64,000 nucleotides of DNA from Phoronis australis. Its lineage: Eukaryota; Animalia; Phoronida. The notes beneath the pieces are model-generated. The model had not been told where the DNA came from. It was given only the letters and a program-made list of their open reading frames with translations, and did no database searches. Both the position numbers and the translations under genes were made by a program. Below, in pieces: positions 28,001 to 43,000 of the stretch (positions are counted from its first letter, which is position 1; each line of letters starts with the position of its first letter). Location of the stretch: assembly GCA_002633005.1 (NCBI GenBank), contig NMRA01000761.1, positions 68,015 through 132,014 on the forward strand, in the 5' to 3' direction.

Positions 28001-31000
28001 GTACTGGCAGATAATTGAGATATGAAATGGAAGATTTTCATGTTTTGTGATTTATTCTGTTCCACTTTATCAGAATTACACTCGGCTGACATGCCCATAC
28101 ATTCAGAATGGATCTATTGCATCTCATTTGCTTAAAAATTGCATAGTGAGCGCTGGTCAACTATTAACACTGGCCTCTGAACAGTGCAGTTTCGAGACAC
28201 GTGAAGAGTTTCTTCAATGTTAATTGTGATTGGCTTACGGTAGAAAATAGAATTTCAATTTAATTATTCATATTGTGTGTTCCAAATTTGATATGAAAAT
28301 CGTGTTCTCTGTATTGCAGACAGACGTTACAAATCGCCAAGCAACTTGGTGACCTGGCTTTAGAGGCTCAGGCCTGCTACAGTCTTGGCAACACGTACAC
28401 CCTTCTACGCGACTATGAGGCTGCCGTGGAGTACCACGTGCGCCATCTACGGATAGCGCAGGAACTGAAGGACCGTGTGGGCGAGGGGCGAGCCTGCTGG
28501 AGCCTCGGTAACGCGCACACCGCTCTTGGCAACCATGAGAAGGCAGTGCATTTTGCCAAGAGGCACTACGACATTTCACGTGAGGTGAGTCACAATTGTA
28601 CGTTAACTCTTCTTTTATGTAGTGTGCAACATAGCCTGTAATTGAAACTCCATGTTGTTTACTAGCATGGTTTGCATTGTGTAGACATAGTAAAGCACCT
28701 ATTGGCAACGTTTCCATTATAGTGACCAAGGCAACCAGCCTTTGAAAAAAATGGAAAAATGGTGACAATTGCGGCAATTTGTTCTTGTAATTTGCAACGG
28801 AAGTTGATAAAGTTGACCATGTTCGGTTGTCTATCTGTACTACCTTGTGGGGGAAGCTACGGTAAGCTATTGGCACAGACATGGCCTTTTAGGTTTTCTG
28901 AAAAGTTGAGTTTTTGTTGAAGTTTGGATGAAAGTTGGGAAGAAAGAAGATTAAATAGATCTTGAATTGTTGGAAATAGTTGTCAAATATTAATTTAAAA
29001 TCTGTTTTTTTAAAGACTTTGCGAGATGATAATTGTCATCTTTTTGAAATCTAGTATTTGGTAGCACTCTCCACCAGGGGGTGCTGTAACACAACAATAA
29101 ACCTGTTTTCTCTGAATAACTGTCATCAGACTGTTTCTCTAAATCTTGGACCCCTGGAGGTGACTATTACTTAATATGTTGTGGTGAAGTGGAATAAATT
29201 AACTTATCAAATTATGCTGACATTACATGGGATTTGACTTTGAAATTGTGCAAAAGGGGGTGCTAGTGGTTACCGTGATATTTTGCTGTCTAAAAATCTA
29301 AGGTGCTTTGTTACTGGGTGCTGCACTACTCGTCCATGTAACTGATTTCTATGGTTCTATTTCCATTAAATCCTCGCATGTTGCAAAACTTATCAATGCA
29401 CATAATTATGCTTCAGTTAAAGCAGTCACCAAACTATTTCTGTTGGAAAATCCTTTCTGGAAAATTTATGCTTGGTTACTCTCGGGAGTCATTGAAAACG
29501 AAATCCAATATGCCCTTGATGATTATGCAACCCTAATAAAGTTAACAGAGTTGTGAGGTATAGATTTTCTTGATGATAATTGTTTTTAAAATAGAATGCA
29601 ATTTTCAGATTACTTGGAACCAGTCAGCCATTTGTTGTTGTGAAAGTGAATTGCATTATTGCAGATTCTGTACTTCTCTCTTTCTCTATGCTTTCGAACA
29701 AGGTTATACTCGATGTAAAGCATTTTGCTGCAGCTGCACACTCTATGGGTAGTATCTATTAAATGCTGCATTATGATGGTACACGCGTCGTCGTTGTAAT
29801 TCGCCTGGTTTGGTTTTGTTTGTGTTTAGATATTTCTCCATTAGATTTCTAATTCTTGGTTTCTATGCTCTTGGAATTGATCCATATATGAGTTGTAACG
29901 TTTCGTGATAAGCGAACATTTATTAAGCATTCGTGTTATATGCAAGATATTCTTCGCTAAGTGTTCGAGCAGCCCTCATTAAATTATTGTAATGTGTGGC
30001 CATGTTAGTTTAAGAACCCAACTTGGTGAATGCGGTCGTGCTATACTACGCCTCATAGTTTTAGTTGCCGTGACTACCATCGTTGTCACAGAAACCAGGA
30101 AATTTTCGTCCGAGGTGATCGGGAAATGTGCACGAAAATCTAATACTGCTTCCATAATAATTCTGGTTCTTTGCAATGCAAATTAACCCACATTTTTCCG
30201 TGACGCCTGGTAAAGCCATTTTCAGGACGGCGAAGCCTAGCTGAGACGACAACAGCAATCATTGATTGGTTTTATATCAAATTATTTCAACATTATCTAG
30301 TCATTAAGTGGAGTGCTGAGACACAGAACACGTCATATGAACAAAGGAAAAATGCAAAAAAGGATTTCAACAAAATCCGGTCATTGAGTGAATTGGTGAA
30401 ATACAGTAAACAAAGCTGAACAGAGGAAACATCCAAGTTGTTGAAATCCAGTGCACTCAAACATAGTCTCGTCAAACGATACCCGAAGTAGCCTTTTCGT
30501 ATATGTCACCAGGAGAATCCAGAAAATTAACAGAATTAAATTAGGTTGTATAGAATAGGCTTTTGAACAGAACACAGTACAGGGATTCTCGCAGTGATGT
30601 AGATGAAAGTAAGTCAATGAGGCTAACTGCTAATTACATTTGGTAATTTATGGTATGAGTGTGCTCAGCGTGATGCTTCAAACACATCATAGGAACCAAA
30701 TTTGTGGATGTCATCATTCCAGGTGGGTTTTAAGTTGCTTGTCCACTGAAGGTGGGTTAGTTTCAGTTTCTGTGGCAGTATGGCCAACAGGGGCGTCCTA
30801 GGCGATCTAGTGTAACCAATTTCAATTCACGTAAGGGACAAGAATGCTGCAGCATTGCTTTGGAAGGGCATATGCCCAAGAAGAATCCTGGGGTTTGCTT
30901 CATGAAAGAAGACAAAAATTTGATTTTACGCTCCATTTTCAGAGTTGCTGAGAAATTATTTAGTTATATAATTATGAGCGTATTATACTCTAAACATAAT

Positions 31001-34000
31001 TAATCGAGATTTTTCTCAGTAATTAGCAGTTTTGTTTATATTCTGGAAGGCTTTGCACTGTTGCCAGTTTTTCAGAAATAGAGTGTCGAGCGCAAGACCA
31101 GTCTTCAGTCTTAGTCTGTTTTCGTGAAGCAGACACTTGAATATCTGGTTCTTATTTGGCTTCAAATTTTCCACCAGCAAAACGCATTATCATATTTTCT
31201 GTTTTGAATTTCAAAAAATGGTTGAAAACCACGTGTTTGTTGATTTTTGTGCCCACACAGTATTCCTAATATTTTCTCTTATCTAAATTTCACTACACAG
31301 TATTTCTAATATTTTCTCTTATCTAAATTTCATTAGTGGATTTAACCGTTTACACTGCCAAGGGCAAACTGACCCCACTAGGGAGTTTAATCCGCCTATT
31401 TTGAGAGCAGTTGAATGGTACTTCAATGTTGAAATTTAACCTTTCACACTCGGCCAATCACCCCAAGGCAGAGGAGTTGAAACGTAAGTGTGAAAGGAAC
31501 TTGTTCTTGATACTTGCTGCGAACATGGCTTCATGTTGGTGCTGTGTAATTTACTATACTCTAAGGCCTGTTGATCTAGAATGTGTGTATGATGAATGGG
31601 GGTGTTGATTTGCCCAAAAATACACACAGGTATTATTCTTAGCCTACAGTAATATAGGCCATGGTGAGGCTCTTGGTGAAAGTAGTAACACTTACAAATT
31701 TCAGTAAATGAACGTAATGTGGCTAACGAGAGGACTTTATTTTGTTAAATTGCTCACAATTTGTGAACGTTAAGAAAATTCTGGATGTTGTTTTTCATGA
31801 TGCCATTGTGTTGAATGTTTATCAAAGGACTTATAGGAGTGGGTGTCTATTGGAGCATTTAGAAAATGGTGGGACTTATTGTAAAACCTTAGGTATTTGT
31901 TCCTTAAAGATTCTTCATCTAAAGCTTATTGTCAAAAGTGTGTAGATTTCTCCAGATGGGCGTGCAGGCGCAAAGAGTATCTTTGGCAGGAGTCAACATT
32001 CTCTACTGCACTTGCACATAGCCATCAGTTGAATACACTGACTCTGTTGGTAAGCATTAAGTGCTTTCTGTCAACAAGACTCCCATTAATTGTTAGGTTA
32101 ACCATCATTATTATGCTGATCTGTTCAGAGAGATCTGGGCAATCTTATCCTCCTGTGAGGTGATCATCCATGGAGTGGACAACCTATAATGAATGTGTTG
32201 TTCACTCTCCTGGCAGTTCTACAAGGTCGTGTGGCATATTGACGCAAGTTATTAGGTCTGGTGGGATGCTGGGCTATGCTTGTGCACTCCAGGGAGAATA
32301 AGCATTCCTCGGTTTTGTAGAACGCGTGCTGAAGTAGTGACGGAGAAACCACTATGGAGTACCATGAATGAGTCGTGTGTAATTTTGACGGTAAATATTT
32401 TATCTTTAGTCGTCGTTAAAGGATGTACGGTAAAATTTCACTCAGTTTGGACAAAAGTTTTTGACACGATTTTTTTCGAAATGTCATCTGGTGTAGATAT
32501 TAAGCATTGAAAAGCGTTAACTTAATAGGACTTCTCTTTTTTGGAAAATGAGAAAACAAAATTTCACCTGTCCATCATTTTGTGCCTTTAATTGTTGAGA
32601 ATCCACAGTTGTGCGTGGCATGGGATGACGTGAAGTTCCTGCGGCGTGCCGTTTTCAACAGGGTCATTTTACCAATTCAAAACAGTTGTATTTAAAACCG
32701 TTCTTTAACAAATAGTTGTATAGTACGTCATCCACAAATCTGTATTAAGTCAGATGGCTGCAAAACTATAGATTTTTACTCAGTTTGTATTTTGTGATAG
32801 AGAAAAGCCTTAAGAATATAATTTTTGACTTGAATATCAAACTGCCTTTAATTGAGTCAGGGACCGAAAAGAAAGGTACAGTTCAAGCAAAACAATAAAA
32901 TGACCATTTTTCATCTGAAATGCACTAATATGAAATTTCTGAAACACTGTCAGACTTCAAAATGTTCATAATACGCAAATTTTGTGGTCTTTTTAATGAA
33001 GGTCATGGCAGTTCTATTTTGTCGGTATATAAAAGAAAATAGGAGGAACCATCGGGTGACTATTTTTAGTACACTCAGGAATTCAGTTGAGTTTGATATC
33101 ATTTATAAATTATATGCGATCTTCATGTTTCTGAGCTCAGTAGAAAGGCAATATTATTATGCTCTTCGATTTTTGACTGCAAGACGTATGTATGTAATGG
33201 GTGAAAGATGGTCTCCGTCGTTGTTGTACCAGTGCAATACTGAGGAGTTGTGAGGCAAGTCCCCAGAGAGCCGCATTTTTTGAGACATGAAATGGAGCAT
33301 CGGTGGAGGCTGTAGTAACAGCAACTTTACTAAGAACGTCTCTCTGTTAAAATTCCGTAAACACGTAAAAGTTTCATAGAAATGGCATCGGTTTATGTGG
33401 CACAGGAAAGTGTGGAATGTGAACCGTGCGATTCAGTCGTTTCAAGGAATTGTGTTTCAAACAAACACAAGAGCGGTGTTACTATGAAAGATTCGCCACC
33501 TTGTAAGTGGATTTGAAAATTTTATAAGTAACGAGCAAACTGCTTCCATTCTAGGGCGAGTGATGCCAGGCCCTCGTCTCCGGCATAGATTGCGTGCTAT
33601 GACACGTAGGCTATATGCATTGTGTTTAGATAGTGCTCCTTCTCTCATGGCAATGGTGAATACGAATAACCCAGGTTTACTGTTGGCTTTGTCAGTATTT
33701 ATTACGTGTCTATTTTGTGGATATTGACCACCCCTTGGTTCAGTTGGTTGTGGGCTTGTGGCTCACATGTGTCTGCAGCATTTTACGAGCAAGTTCAGAC
33801 TGCCTCAAAGCCGAGGAAAGTTCGGTAAGTCAGGGAAGTTGAATTCATTGTCTGATTCTTCAAGTACTTGAGTGTGATGCCCGTGTCCACTCTCCTCTGT
33901 CTCCATAATAATTGTCCAGTTCTTGCTCAAACTTGCCATCCTCTTCTCAGATCAGTTGTGTTCCGCCATTGAAATTGATTGTCAAGTGACCAAACTTCCT

Positions 34001-37000
34001 CCACCCATTACATCAATTGGCGGGAAACTTGGAAATAACTAATTTTTCTTAAAATTACGACTATTTGGCATAAGAAAATGCGCATTTAGTTAGATTTTAT
34101 GGTATTCTTTTCATAGTAGCTAACGGAAACCCCAAAAACTAAGAAAATGCATGGTGGGAACTCTTTAAGAAGCAACAACTTTGATAATCTGGGTGTCCCC
34201 TAAGTACTGCACCCTGTGGGAAATGCTCCACTAACTTTGTAGCTTACATTGATGTTCATTTGTTAATGGAGTTAAGCTGGGGTATAAAAAGGCTTAGTGT
34301 CTCTTGTTGACAGAGTGTATAGGAGTTCCTTTGTTGCCTGGCCTGGTATTACTAACTGTAAATTATCTGCAGTTGACATTTTCTTAAATTTGGGACATCA
34401 AAATTCAAGCCAAAGTTGAATTATGGTGGTTCTGTAAAGTGTGTCATCAGTGATTTCGGTATTAGTCGTATTTGTCTAATCTCAGACTTTGCATTATGCT
34501 TTTGAAAACAGAGACTGAAAATAGACTTGGCATGCATAAATTTGATGGAAGTAGCTCCTAATGGTACATTTTCATAAGTCTCCATTTAACATCCACGCCA
34601 ATTTTTGTTTGCCTTCTGGAATTTGGAACAACCATCCAATTGTAGATATCTCTATTTTACTACAAGCTCTGACTTTGAGCGAAATAAATATTTTTCAATG
34701 CCAAAAACGTGAGATTTTTTACTATGAGCCAACATGAGAAGGTACAGAGAGACTTGTTGACAAAACAGCCATGGCATAGTGTTTCCTTTGTTGCAAGGTG
34801 GTAACCAGTGTCTAAGGAAGTGAGAAACACATCTGTTGTTAGTTAGCAGTTTGACTCTTGTTAGTTAAACCCAGTGCTTCCCTTGGCCACCTGGATTTGT
34901 CCCAGGAAGATGTTGATAATTAGCAGTTTGCTTCACAGGTTGACCACTGGCTCCTCCCTGGGAGGCCAGCTGACATGGGGAGGTTAAGAAAATACTGAGC
35001 TTATATAGACAGCTAACTAGGGGAAGTTCTACAGGTGGGCAGTTAAGGATTAATACAAAGACAGGTGATAAATGTTGATATTTTAGGTTCAGACATAGTG
35101 CAGACTGAGTGCTACCTTCCTTGTACAGCTGATAGCTCTTGTCTGCATCAACGGGAACCGTGAGGATTTTGCTTTGTGAGTCAGCGAGGCAATTCTTTAA
35201 AGCTATGTTTCGCCCCTGTTTAGCTGTCAATGGTGAATTCTTCACCAAAGCGCTTTTGGATTTTAATTATTCTCACGCTCATCCAAATGCAGTGATGTTG
35301 CTTTGGAAGGGAAAATAGGCTTGTGAAAACAAATTCTAAGGTAAAAAAATATCCAGTTTGTGACAATGAAAATTCATTGTTTAGCTCATGGTCGAAGCTT
35401 ATGCCAAATTTTAGTTACAGACAATATTGGTCATCCCAAATTCAAGAATTGCAATCGACAAACGATCATTCACCTGGATGTTGCTCACTATTAAAACCGG
35501 ATGAACCATCAACTTGAAGTCTATTTTCAGACTGTTGACACTGAACATAGTGTCTTATTATAATTGAGATTAATACTAGGGGTGCCAATCCATTGATAGC
35601 CAAACCTTCAGATTATTGCATCCAATTTGGCTTGAATTTTGGTGTAACAAGTTTTACAGTCTGCCTCAAATTTTACTGTTTATCCCGAACTGGAGAAATT
35701 TTACCACCTTGTCTTATTGTACGACATAACTTTAGATGGAATCTAGTGCAAATCACTTTCCTGCTGTTATGCTTAGAGTTTATTTTGTTATTTTCGGTTA
35801 TGGTGTTATGTCGTTATATTGTAGCATGGTTTCATGCCTTGCACTTGGCAACTGTTACTGGCATAAATTAACTCATTCATGAGAGAGAGGGCGGGAAGAG
35901 GGAGAGGCCGCTAATTGCTAATAATTAAATTTGGAAAATTAGCTGACTGCGTATGAGAAGAGACTTTGTTAACTTTTTCTAGACAAAAAGTAAAGTCTTT
36001 ACTAAAACTTCATTTTTCCGTGTTTAGAGGCTTAACACAATCCTGCTATAATTGCTAAAAATTTTACCAGTTGTATTTTTGCCGATTACTGTAATGTATT
36101 ATGCAAACTAGGTGAAAACTAGTCATTGACAAGTAAAATCTACTGAAAAGTTCTTGCTGGGAAATTGGAGAAAGTGAAATTTCTCTACGCCACCCTAATG
36201 CTTCTCAAACTGAATGTTTTTCCGTGGGCCACAAAAGCATATTTGATTCTGATCTTTTCCTGGACTCATTATGAGGCCTGTACTCGCCAATAAAAACCGG
36301 CAAAAACGCCTTCCTGCTTTCATATCAGCTGAGGTGTGGTATGTTTTTTAATGCTTCACAAAGGCACGTAAGCAAGTGTAAGCACAGTTTTAAATGGCAA
36401 TATTTGCCAAGCGAGTAAAAAAAGATCTCACAATGTGTTTGCTTGCGTATCAGGTTGATTGAAAATGTGAACTACTAAAGAAATACCACACCGTGGACTC
36501 CATTTCAAAAAAAAAAAAACAGACGAGAACCAACTATGCTTTTTTGGCCTTAACCAGCTATGTTTTTTCTTCAGATTGGTGACGAGACAGGTGCGGGTAC
36601 AGCTCAGATGAACCTGGCTGACCTAAGGACTGTACTGGGCATCAACTCCAGTACCAATGTCTCCATCGACGACACAGACAGGTGAGTTCTAGCCAGGTGA
36701 CCGACTAGGCTAGTGTTGACTCCAGTTGATTGGTGTCTAGACTGTAATTGACTGAAAATTACTAAGGCATATCTGACTGAACATTTATTAAAAGCACTGT
36801 TAGAAGATGTTAGCAGCAAGTTCCGAGTTTGAACCTTGGTCAGGGCATAGGTCTTGTCATACTCAACTATATGCCATGTGATGTGGCTAACATACGACGT
36901 TTATGGAAACTAATAATTCTTACTTGCATGGTATTGTCATGCTGATTGCAAAACAATACAGGGTACACGTAAATGCTCTCTCAGATGGTTCCTGTTAGGT

Positions 37001-40000
37001 CTGTTTGGATTTCTGTAATCAGCCGGTGGTCCCGATATCTCATGGACTTAAGCGTCTGCCCAGTTAGTGGTAAGTTCGAACACTGCTTGGGGCAGAGTTC
37101 CTTTCAAACTTAACTATAGGTCACGTGATGTGACCAACGTAGGGTGTATATGATGATTAAGAATTGTTACTTATACAGTTGAAAGAGGTTTTTATGTACT
37201 TAGACTTTGTTGAAATTTATCTTGTGGTAGGTAGACCTGTTCACATTTGGCTGTTAAGTCCAAAACAAAAGAAGGTAGTGGTCAGGCCTTTATCCAGGAT
37301 TTTGAAAATATGTTGTCCAAAATGGGGTTCTCAGTATTCCAGGGCGTCCATGATTCCGACGCGTAACCCCCCACCCCCAGCAATCCCCCAAACACACAGA
37401 TTTTTTTACAAAAAAATGCTTAGACCAAGCTGTTNGCAATCCCCCCAAACACACATATTTTTTTACAAAAAAATGCTTAGACCAAGCTGTTTTTACATCT
37501 AAGTTTACAAAACAGCCTTCTATGGTGAGCATTTTTACTAAAAAATCTGTAGACCAAGACATTTACAATGCTATCAACCAAGTGTGAGCATAGCAACATT
37601 TTACATACTTTCTATATACATTGTATATTTCTTCCTGCTTTAAAAAACAGCCCCCACTGTGAGCCTTCAGAGGCTTCCTAGTATTTATAACAATGTGTGA
37701 GTCAAAACTTGAAAGGTTCCTATTGACAGTGGGTGTCCAAATGATACATTGGGCGTCCTTGCCAGGGGTCCAGATAAGTGCTAGGGCGTCCATTTGGCCG
37801 CCCAGGACGTACGATGCATAAAGGCCTGGTAGTAGTGAGAATTGACTGGTGTGAGCATCAGGTAATGCCTATCGGTTTGAAGAATACCCATTCATGCGTG
37901 TCGTAATTTAGTTTAAGCGTAAAATCTGGGTAATTGTTGGTACGCTTGCTTATGATTGTCCAAAAATCGACTGACGCCATTGGTGCTTTTTTTGGAATTC
38001 ATACGCAGCACATAACCTGATGAGATCATGCTGATTCACCTCATTACCAATCTGGTAAATTGGTAAATTGCTGGAAATAGTATTTACATTACTAATGGCA
38101 GTTGGCAGTTATTGAGAACTGGGTACAGTAACTCTCCACTTAGTTCGTTCAAAATATATAGAGTATATTTCCTCTAATAGTCGGCGTGGGCTAAATAAAC
38201 TTAGATCACGGGGAGTGCGAAATTAGTAAAGTATTGCCTGGCTGTGAATTGAATTCAAGAGATGTGGCCAATGGGTTGCTGACTTTATCCAAATTATTGC
38301 AATAACGGTAAAATTCTTCAATTTGGGACCCATGTGTTGGTGAAATTGATAAATTTTTACCCTAAGCTAAGATATCCTGTTCCTGAGTAAGAGTACCTGT
38401 CATTCTTTGGTGGATTACTGTTTTGAGCATGTGACTGACACCAATCTTATGCAGGTCACCCCTTTCCCCTCATGTTTACAGTGGTGTGAGATATTGGGTA
38501 TGAATGGATGAATTAAATGGTGAATATACAAAGCTCAGCCCTTGTTAACAAAATTAAAGACTAGAAATAATAGCATGGCTTTGCCCTTATATTTTCCAAA
38601 GTGCAAGACTGCTGGAATTAGGTAAGGCCAGGAACTCTCACCAAGTAGCCTCGTTCAAAATAAGGGATGGACAAAATATTATTTACAACTAATTTTAGGT
38701 GTGCGAAGTGAGGTGAGTGTGCTAAGTAAGGGAAGAATTACTGTACTTTCTTGTCAAGGGTTTCTTATATCTGTGTGTTTAATTAGTTGTCACATTTTTA
38801 TGAACCAAAAAATAGTAGGAATTTTTACTGCTCAGATGTAAGTCATTGAAGTCCCTTTTTCAAAAAATGTCTTCTTTTTTCGATAAAAAACGAGTGTGAA
38901 GTGTGAAACAAATGGCTCGTGTATAGACCTTAAATTCAATAACTGGGAAATTTCTTGTGAATGAACTGAAAAGAAACCACTGTTCAAAACTGCTAAAAGT
39001 GCCGTCATTCAGAAAGCCTGAGAGTGGGCGGTAAATATTTGCCACGTAATTGCAATAGACTTCAGTCGTCCACTGTCAAACAACTCTTCTATTTGCTTAA
39101 AAACAATGGGTCAAAAGAAATTTTTGGGTAGACATGAATTGTGAATTTTCCATTTTTGAAATAAACTTCCATAGTTATGGTTGTTGCTGCTAAGTGCTTT
39201 GATGTTTCAGACAAATTTGAAAATAAGAAAAGTCACCTCTACAGTCCCACGCAGCGGTAGTTCGTACATCAAGCCAAAGCCATTAAATCTAAATTTAAAT
39301 AAATTAAGGTTAATCCTTTTCTGTTAAAAACTCATTCGATTCATGGTGCGTTAAAGTGATATTAAAAACATGTCGTTGTAGGAAAACAAAAAAGCAAATG
39401 TTGACCCAAAACAATGATATTCGAAAATAGTGTTACATGATAGTTCACATTAAAATATTGAAATTGGTTGGATTACCATGGTCATGGAGTTATTTGCAGA
39501 CCATGGACGTTAAAATGGAAGTTTTTGGGTATGATTTACTCAGTTGAAGGTGGGGATCTTACATGTAGTCAAATAAAACATGAGATCAGTGCAAGGTGCC
39601 ATTGAATCTGACTACTTGTTCTTAAAAGGTTAGCGTTTACAAAAATATGATCACCTCTCAAGGAAGTCTGGATCATTATAATTGGGCTTGGTCGTTCAGC
39701 CGACCCTCGGTGTTTCAAAATGGAAATATTGAAATTTCGCGGGTAGCAATTTATCGGAACATGGGCGTGAACTCTGATGAGTATGGTAAATTAATATGGT
39801 AGGCGAATAACCTGGAAAATTAATCACTTACCAGTGTCTGTTAGTTTGTTTTAGGAAAACAAGGTGTTTTTTATATAATTAGCACTCTAGGGTACTAACA
39901 GCGTGCTATTATACATGTCAACTGAGTGCATCGCCAGTTGTCAAAGGTTTAAAACCAGGGTGAGTTGTTCTGTTCTCTAGAGACATGACTGTTTTCAGAT

Positions 40001-43000
40001 ACCCCAACTGTATTTAGAAACCTAATATTAATTCACTGGAATTGGTGGCCACTCCCATTTGACCCTTGTGTCCACCATGATTATTTGTTTTTTTTTATAA
40101 TAATTAGGTGGAGTCCTGGAGTAGTCTGATAGCAACTGACCTGTTGTTATTGAGGCATGGTTCATGAAACATGGACACAAGTATTTCTGGTACATCTCTT
40201 GTGAAAAGTGTAGGCAAGAGATCTTTTCTCAGTGAAAGGAAATTTCTTCATGTCTGTTACATTGTTATAATTTTTTGTTTGCTTTTTGTTTGTTTCTGTG
40301 TTCCCACGCTACTGGTCACATTTCGTATCCGATCAACGTGGAATTTATACTCAACACGTGCTTCGTTGAATGGCTCGAAGCCTATTGTTTTTACTTAAAA
40401 TCGGAAGCAAGATGGCAGCCGTTTTTCACTATTTTGTTTTGCGAACTCATAGCTCTGCGATCCTTTAGCCGATCTTTTTCAACTTCGTCATTTAAAATCT
40501 TCTCACGAGCAATCTGCGGTGCGTGATTGGTTTCTTGCTGTGAATTACCGTTGTCCAGCTGTTTGAGATTTGATGACTTTTATTGAGTGATTTCTCAATG
40601 CAAATTCAATAGTTTATCATTCGTAGGTTGCTGTAATAGGCGTTAGAGTCATGGTTGTTGATGTTCTTGGTTTTGTGGTTGACCTCAACTTTAAATTTTT
40701 AATCAATTTCACCAAGTGTCGCTCCTGAGAGCGCTTTCGTTTTTGTCATTTTTTGTATATTTCAAGTCAACTGAAATGTTGCCATACATCTTTTACAATT
40801 GTATCCTAGCTGCACAACATTCGAGCCCCTCTCTTACAATATACTATAACCCACAGCTGAATCGGGGTGCTGCAGTGGTCAACAAAAACAAGTGCACGAT
40901 AGAGCCCCTCAACTTTTTCCAAATGAACCCTCAAAGAGGGCTTTGTTTGGGCACAACATCACTTCGGAAATTTCAGAAGTCCGTGGGAATTTTGAGCAGT
41001 TATACAATGACAGATGTTAAACTTTTTCGATATTTGTTTCTTTTTGTTAAGAAATTAGTTACTATAAAATTTCATGTTTCCATCATGTACATTATGTCCT
41101 GGATAGTACTTTTACCATGCTGGACTTGAGATGCTGAAGGCTTAAAGCTAAACCCATAGGACTCTAAATGCTGCTTGTTTGTTTCCTAGGCTGTTACTAA
41201 AGTGTACCTGATCTCTGTTTAGATAACTGGTACTTGTTAGAGTTTAAAAAAGTTAAGAAAATAGGTTGAAGACAATATAGCTGGTTCAGTGACCAAACAC
41301 TAGATGGAGCGACTAGTTGCTATGTTCTTCAAAACGTGTCTGACTTGTTGCAGTAACAAATTTGGATTCAGCTGCGAGGAGTTTAGATCGTTGATGTCAA
41401 GTCTGAGAAACAGTGTGTAACAAGTTTTTTTGAACTCAGTGGATTTTATTTTAGTAATTTCTGTTGCAGTTTAGCTGTTCAACATTTTGTACCTACAGCC
41501 CAGTATACCGATTTAGTAAGATGCAATATATTTCTTGTTGTGGTCAACTGTCAAAGCCACAGTAAACTCACATTATGCTGAGTAAATTATGATTTTGACC
41601 AATATACTTATAATTTTGGCCTCAAACTGTTTCTTAGTCACAAGAGAAGGGATTTTTGGTCTTGCCAATAAATGACAGTTGGTAATGCCTCGAGATCATT
41701 CTCCGCAAACGATATGACACACGCCAACAAATCAACTTATAGACCCTCAGATCTCAAGCAATAGTAAGCTGTCAGTTCTCTCCAAGTACGAGACCACACG
41801 TATGTTGGCTAAGAAACCATTCGAGGCCAACTTCATCATGTGTGGGCTATATAAAAAACTGATGTGAAATATGTTTACAGTCAGTTTAATTAGGCCTTGA
41901 AGATTTGTTGAAACTTTTGAAATTACCAATTATGAGTTTAGGTAAATTGCGTCACACTTCAAAATCTGCCCCTAGCAAACTTCACGTGAGACTGGGCTTG
42001 AAAGTGGATGGATTCTACCCTTTGAGTAACGTTTCAACAAATTTCATGCAATGTTATTGGACAATTTTCTAAGCAAACCCTGAGTGATGTTGGCTTTTGA
42101 AGGCCTAGTATCTTCAATACAGTGAAAAATGGGCATTGGTACGTTAGGGATGAATAATGGCCGGTGCCAAAGGTGCTCAGCTGTTTGGTTTTATTACCTT
42201 TCTGTGTTTTATCTTTAATTTTTCACCTGGAACTAGCTTTCATTAATTGCATAATGACGCATTTCCAGTAGACTTCCTTAAAGAGATATTATTGGCGAGA
42301 AAAGTGATTTCTGAGATCAGCCCCAGCGTATAATCGAACCTGGTTCCTCGTTGTTGCAGTTAAAATTGTCAAAAAATACCTTGACTTAAGGACAGACAAT
42401 AGTGCATTTTTCTAAAATTTTGTACTAGCTCTAACCATGAGAAGCAAAGTAATACATTTTAACTGTCCCAAACTGGAGGTTGGTTCAGGTTTGGGCATGG
42501 TCATTTTGAAACCCAAGCCTTACTGTTTAATTATTAATAAGAGAATAAATGTACACATACATCAATTTTATTGAATTTCTTTTTCGGCAACTTTGACTTG
42601 TATCATGACAATAGATTAAAATTAAGTTTCGTGAAGTAATTTGTGCGTTTTTGACTTATAGCAGTCTCCTGAGGACTCCCCTGCCTTTCCTCACTAATCA
42701 CAGACATTGAGTGTCTTTCATTTTTAAAATTATGAAAACTTAAAAAATACCGAGTTAGTGCATCGGTCTTCAAAAACATACGCAGACCAGAACACTAAAT
42801 CACTTGAAAGTTAGCATTTTTTGTTGAAAGTATTTTGAGACTTTCGGCATGAATTTTTTTCTCTTTGTGATGCAATTCCGTACCTCAAGACGGCGTTGAT
42901 TCAGCTAATTATTTACAGCAAATGTCTTTTGACCTACCGGTCAGTTGCAATGAGTCGGTGACCGCTCATCTGACCAGACAAGCCAGAGTCTGCTCAGGAT

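Noticed and set aside
28268-28882. 204-aa minus-strand ORF
   Set aside because: Antisense shadow of the GC-rich exon 28320-28584; no recognisable protein.
32416-32851. TTAA-flanked AGG...CCT element (Kolobok/piggyBac-like)
   Set aside because: The terminal inverted match beyond 3 bp is too weak to support by eye.
36985-36998. Alternative 14-nt frame-restoring microexon (ctctctcag|ATGGTTCCTGTTAG|gtctgt, RWFLLG)
   Set aside because: Weaker donor, hydrophobic peptide unlike the linker, and it lies between decayed repeat copies. Less favoured than 38602-38621 but not formally excluded.
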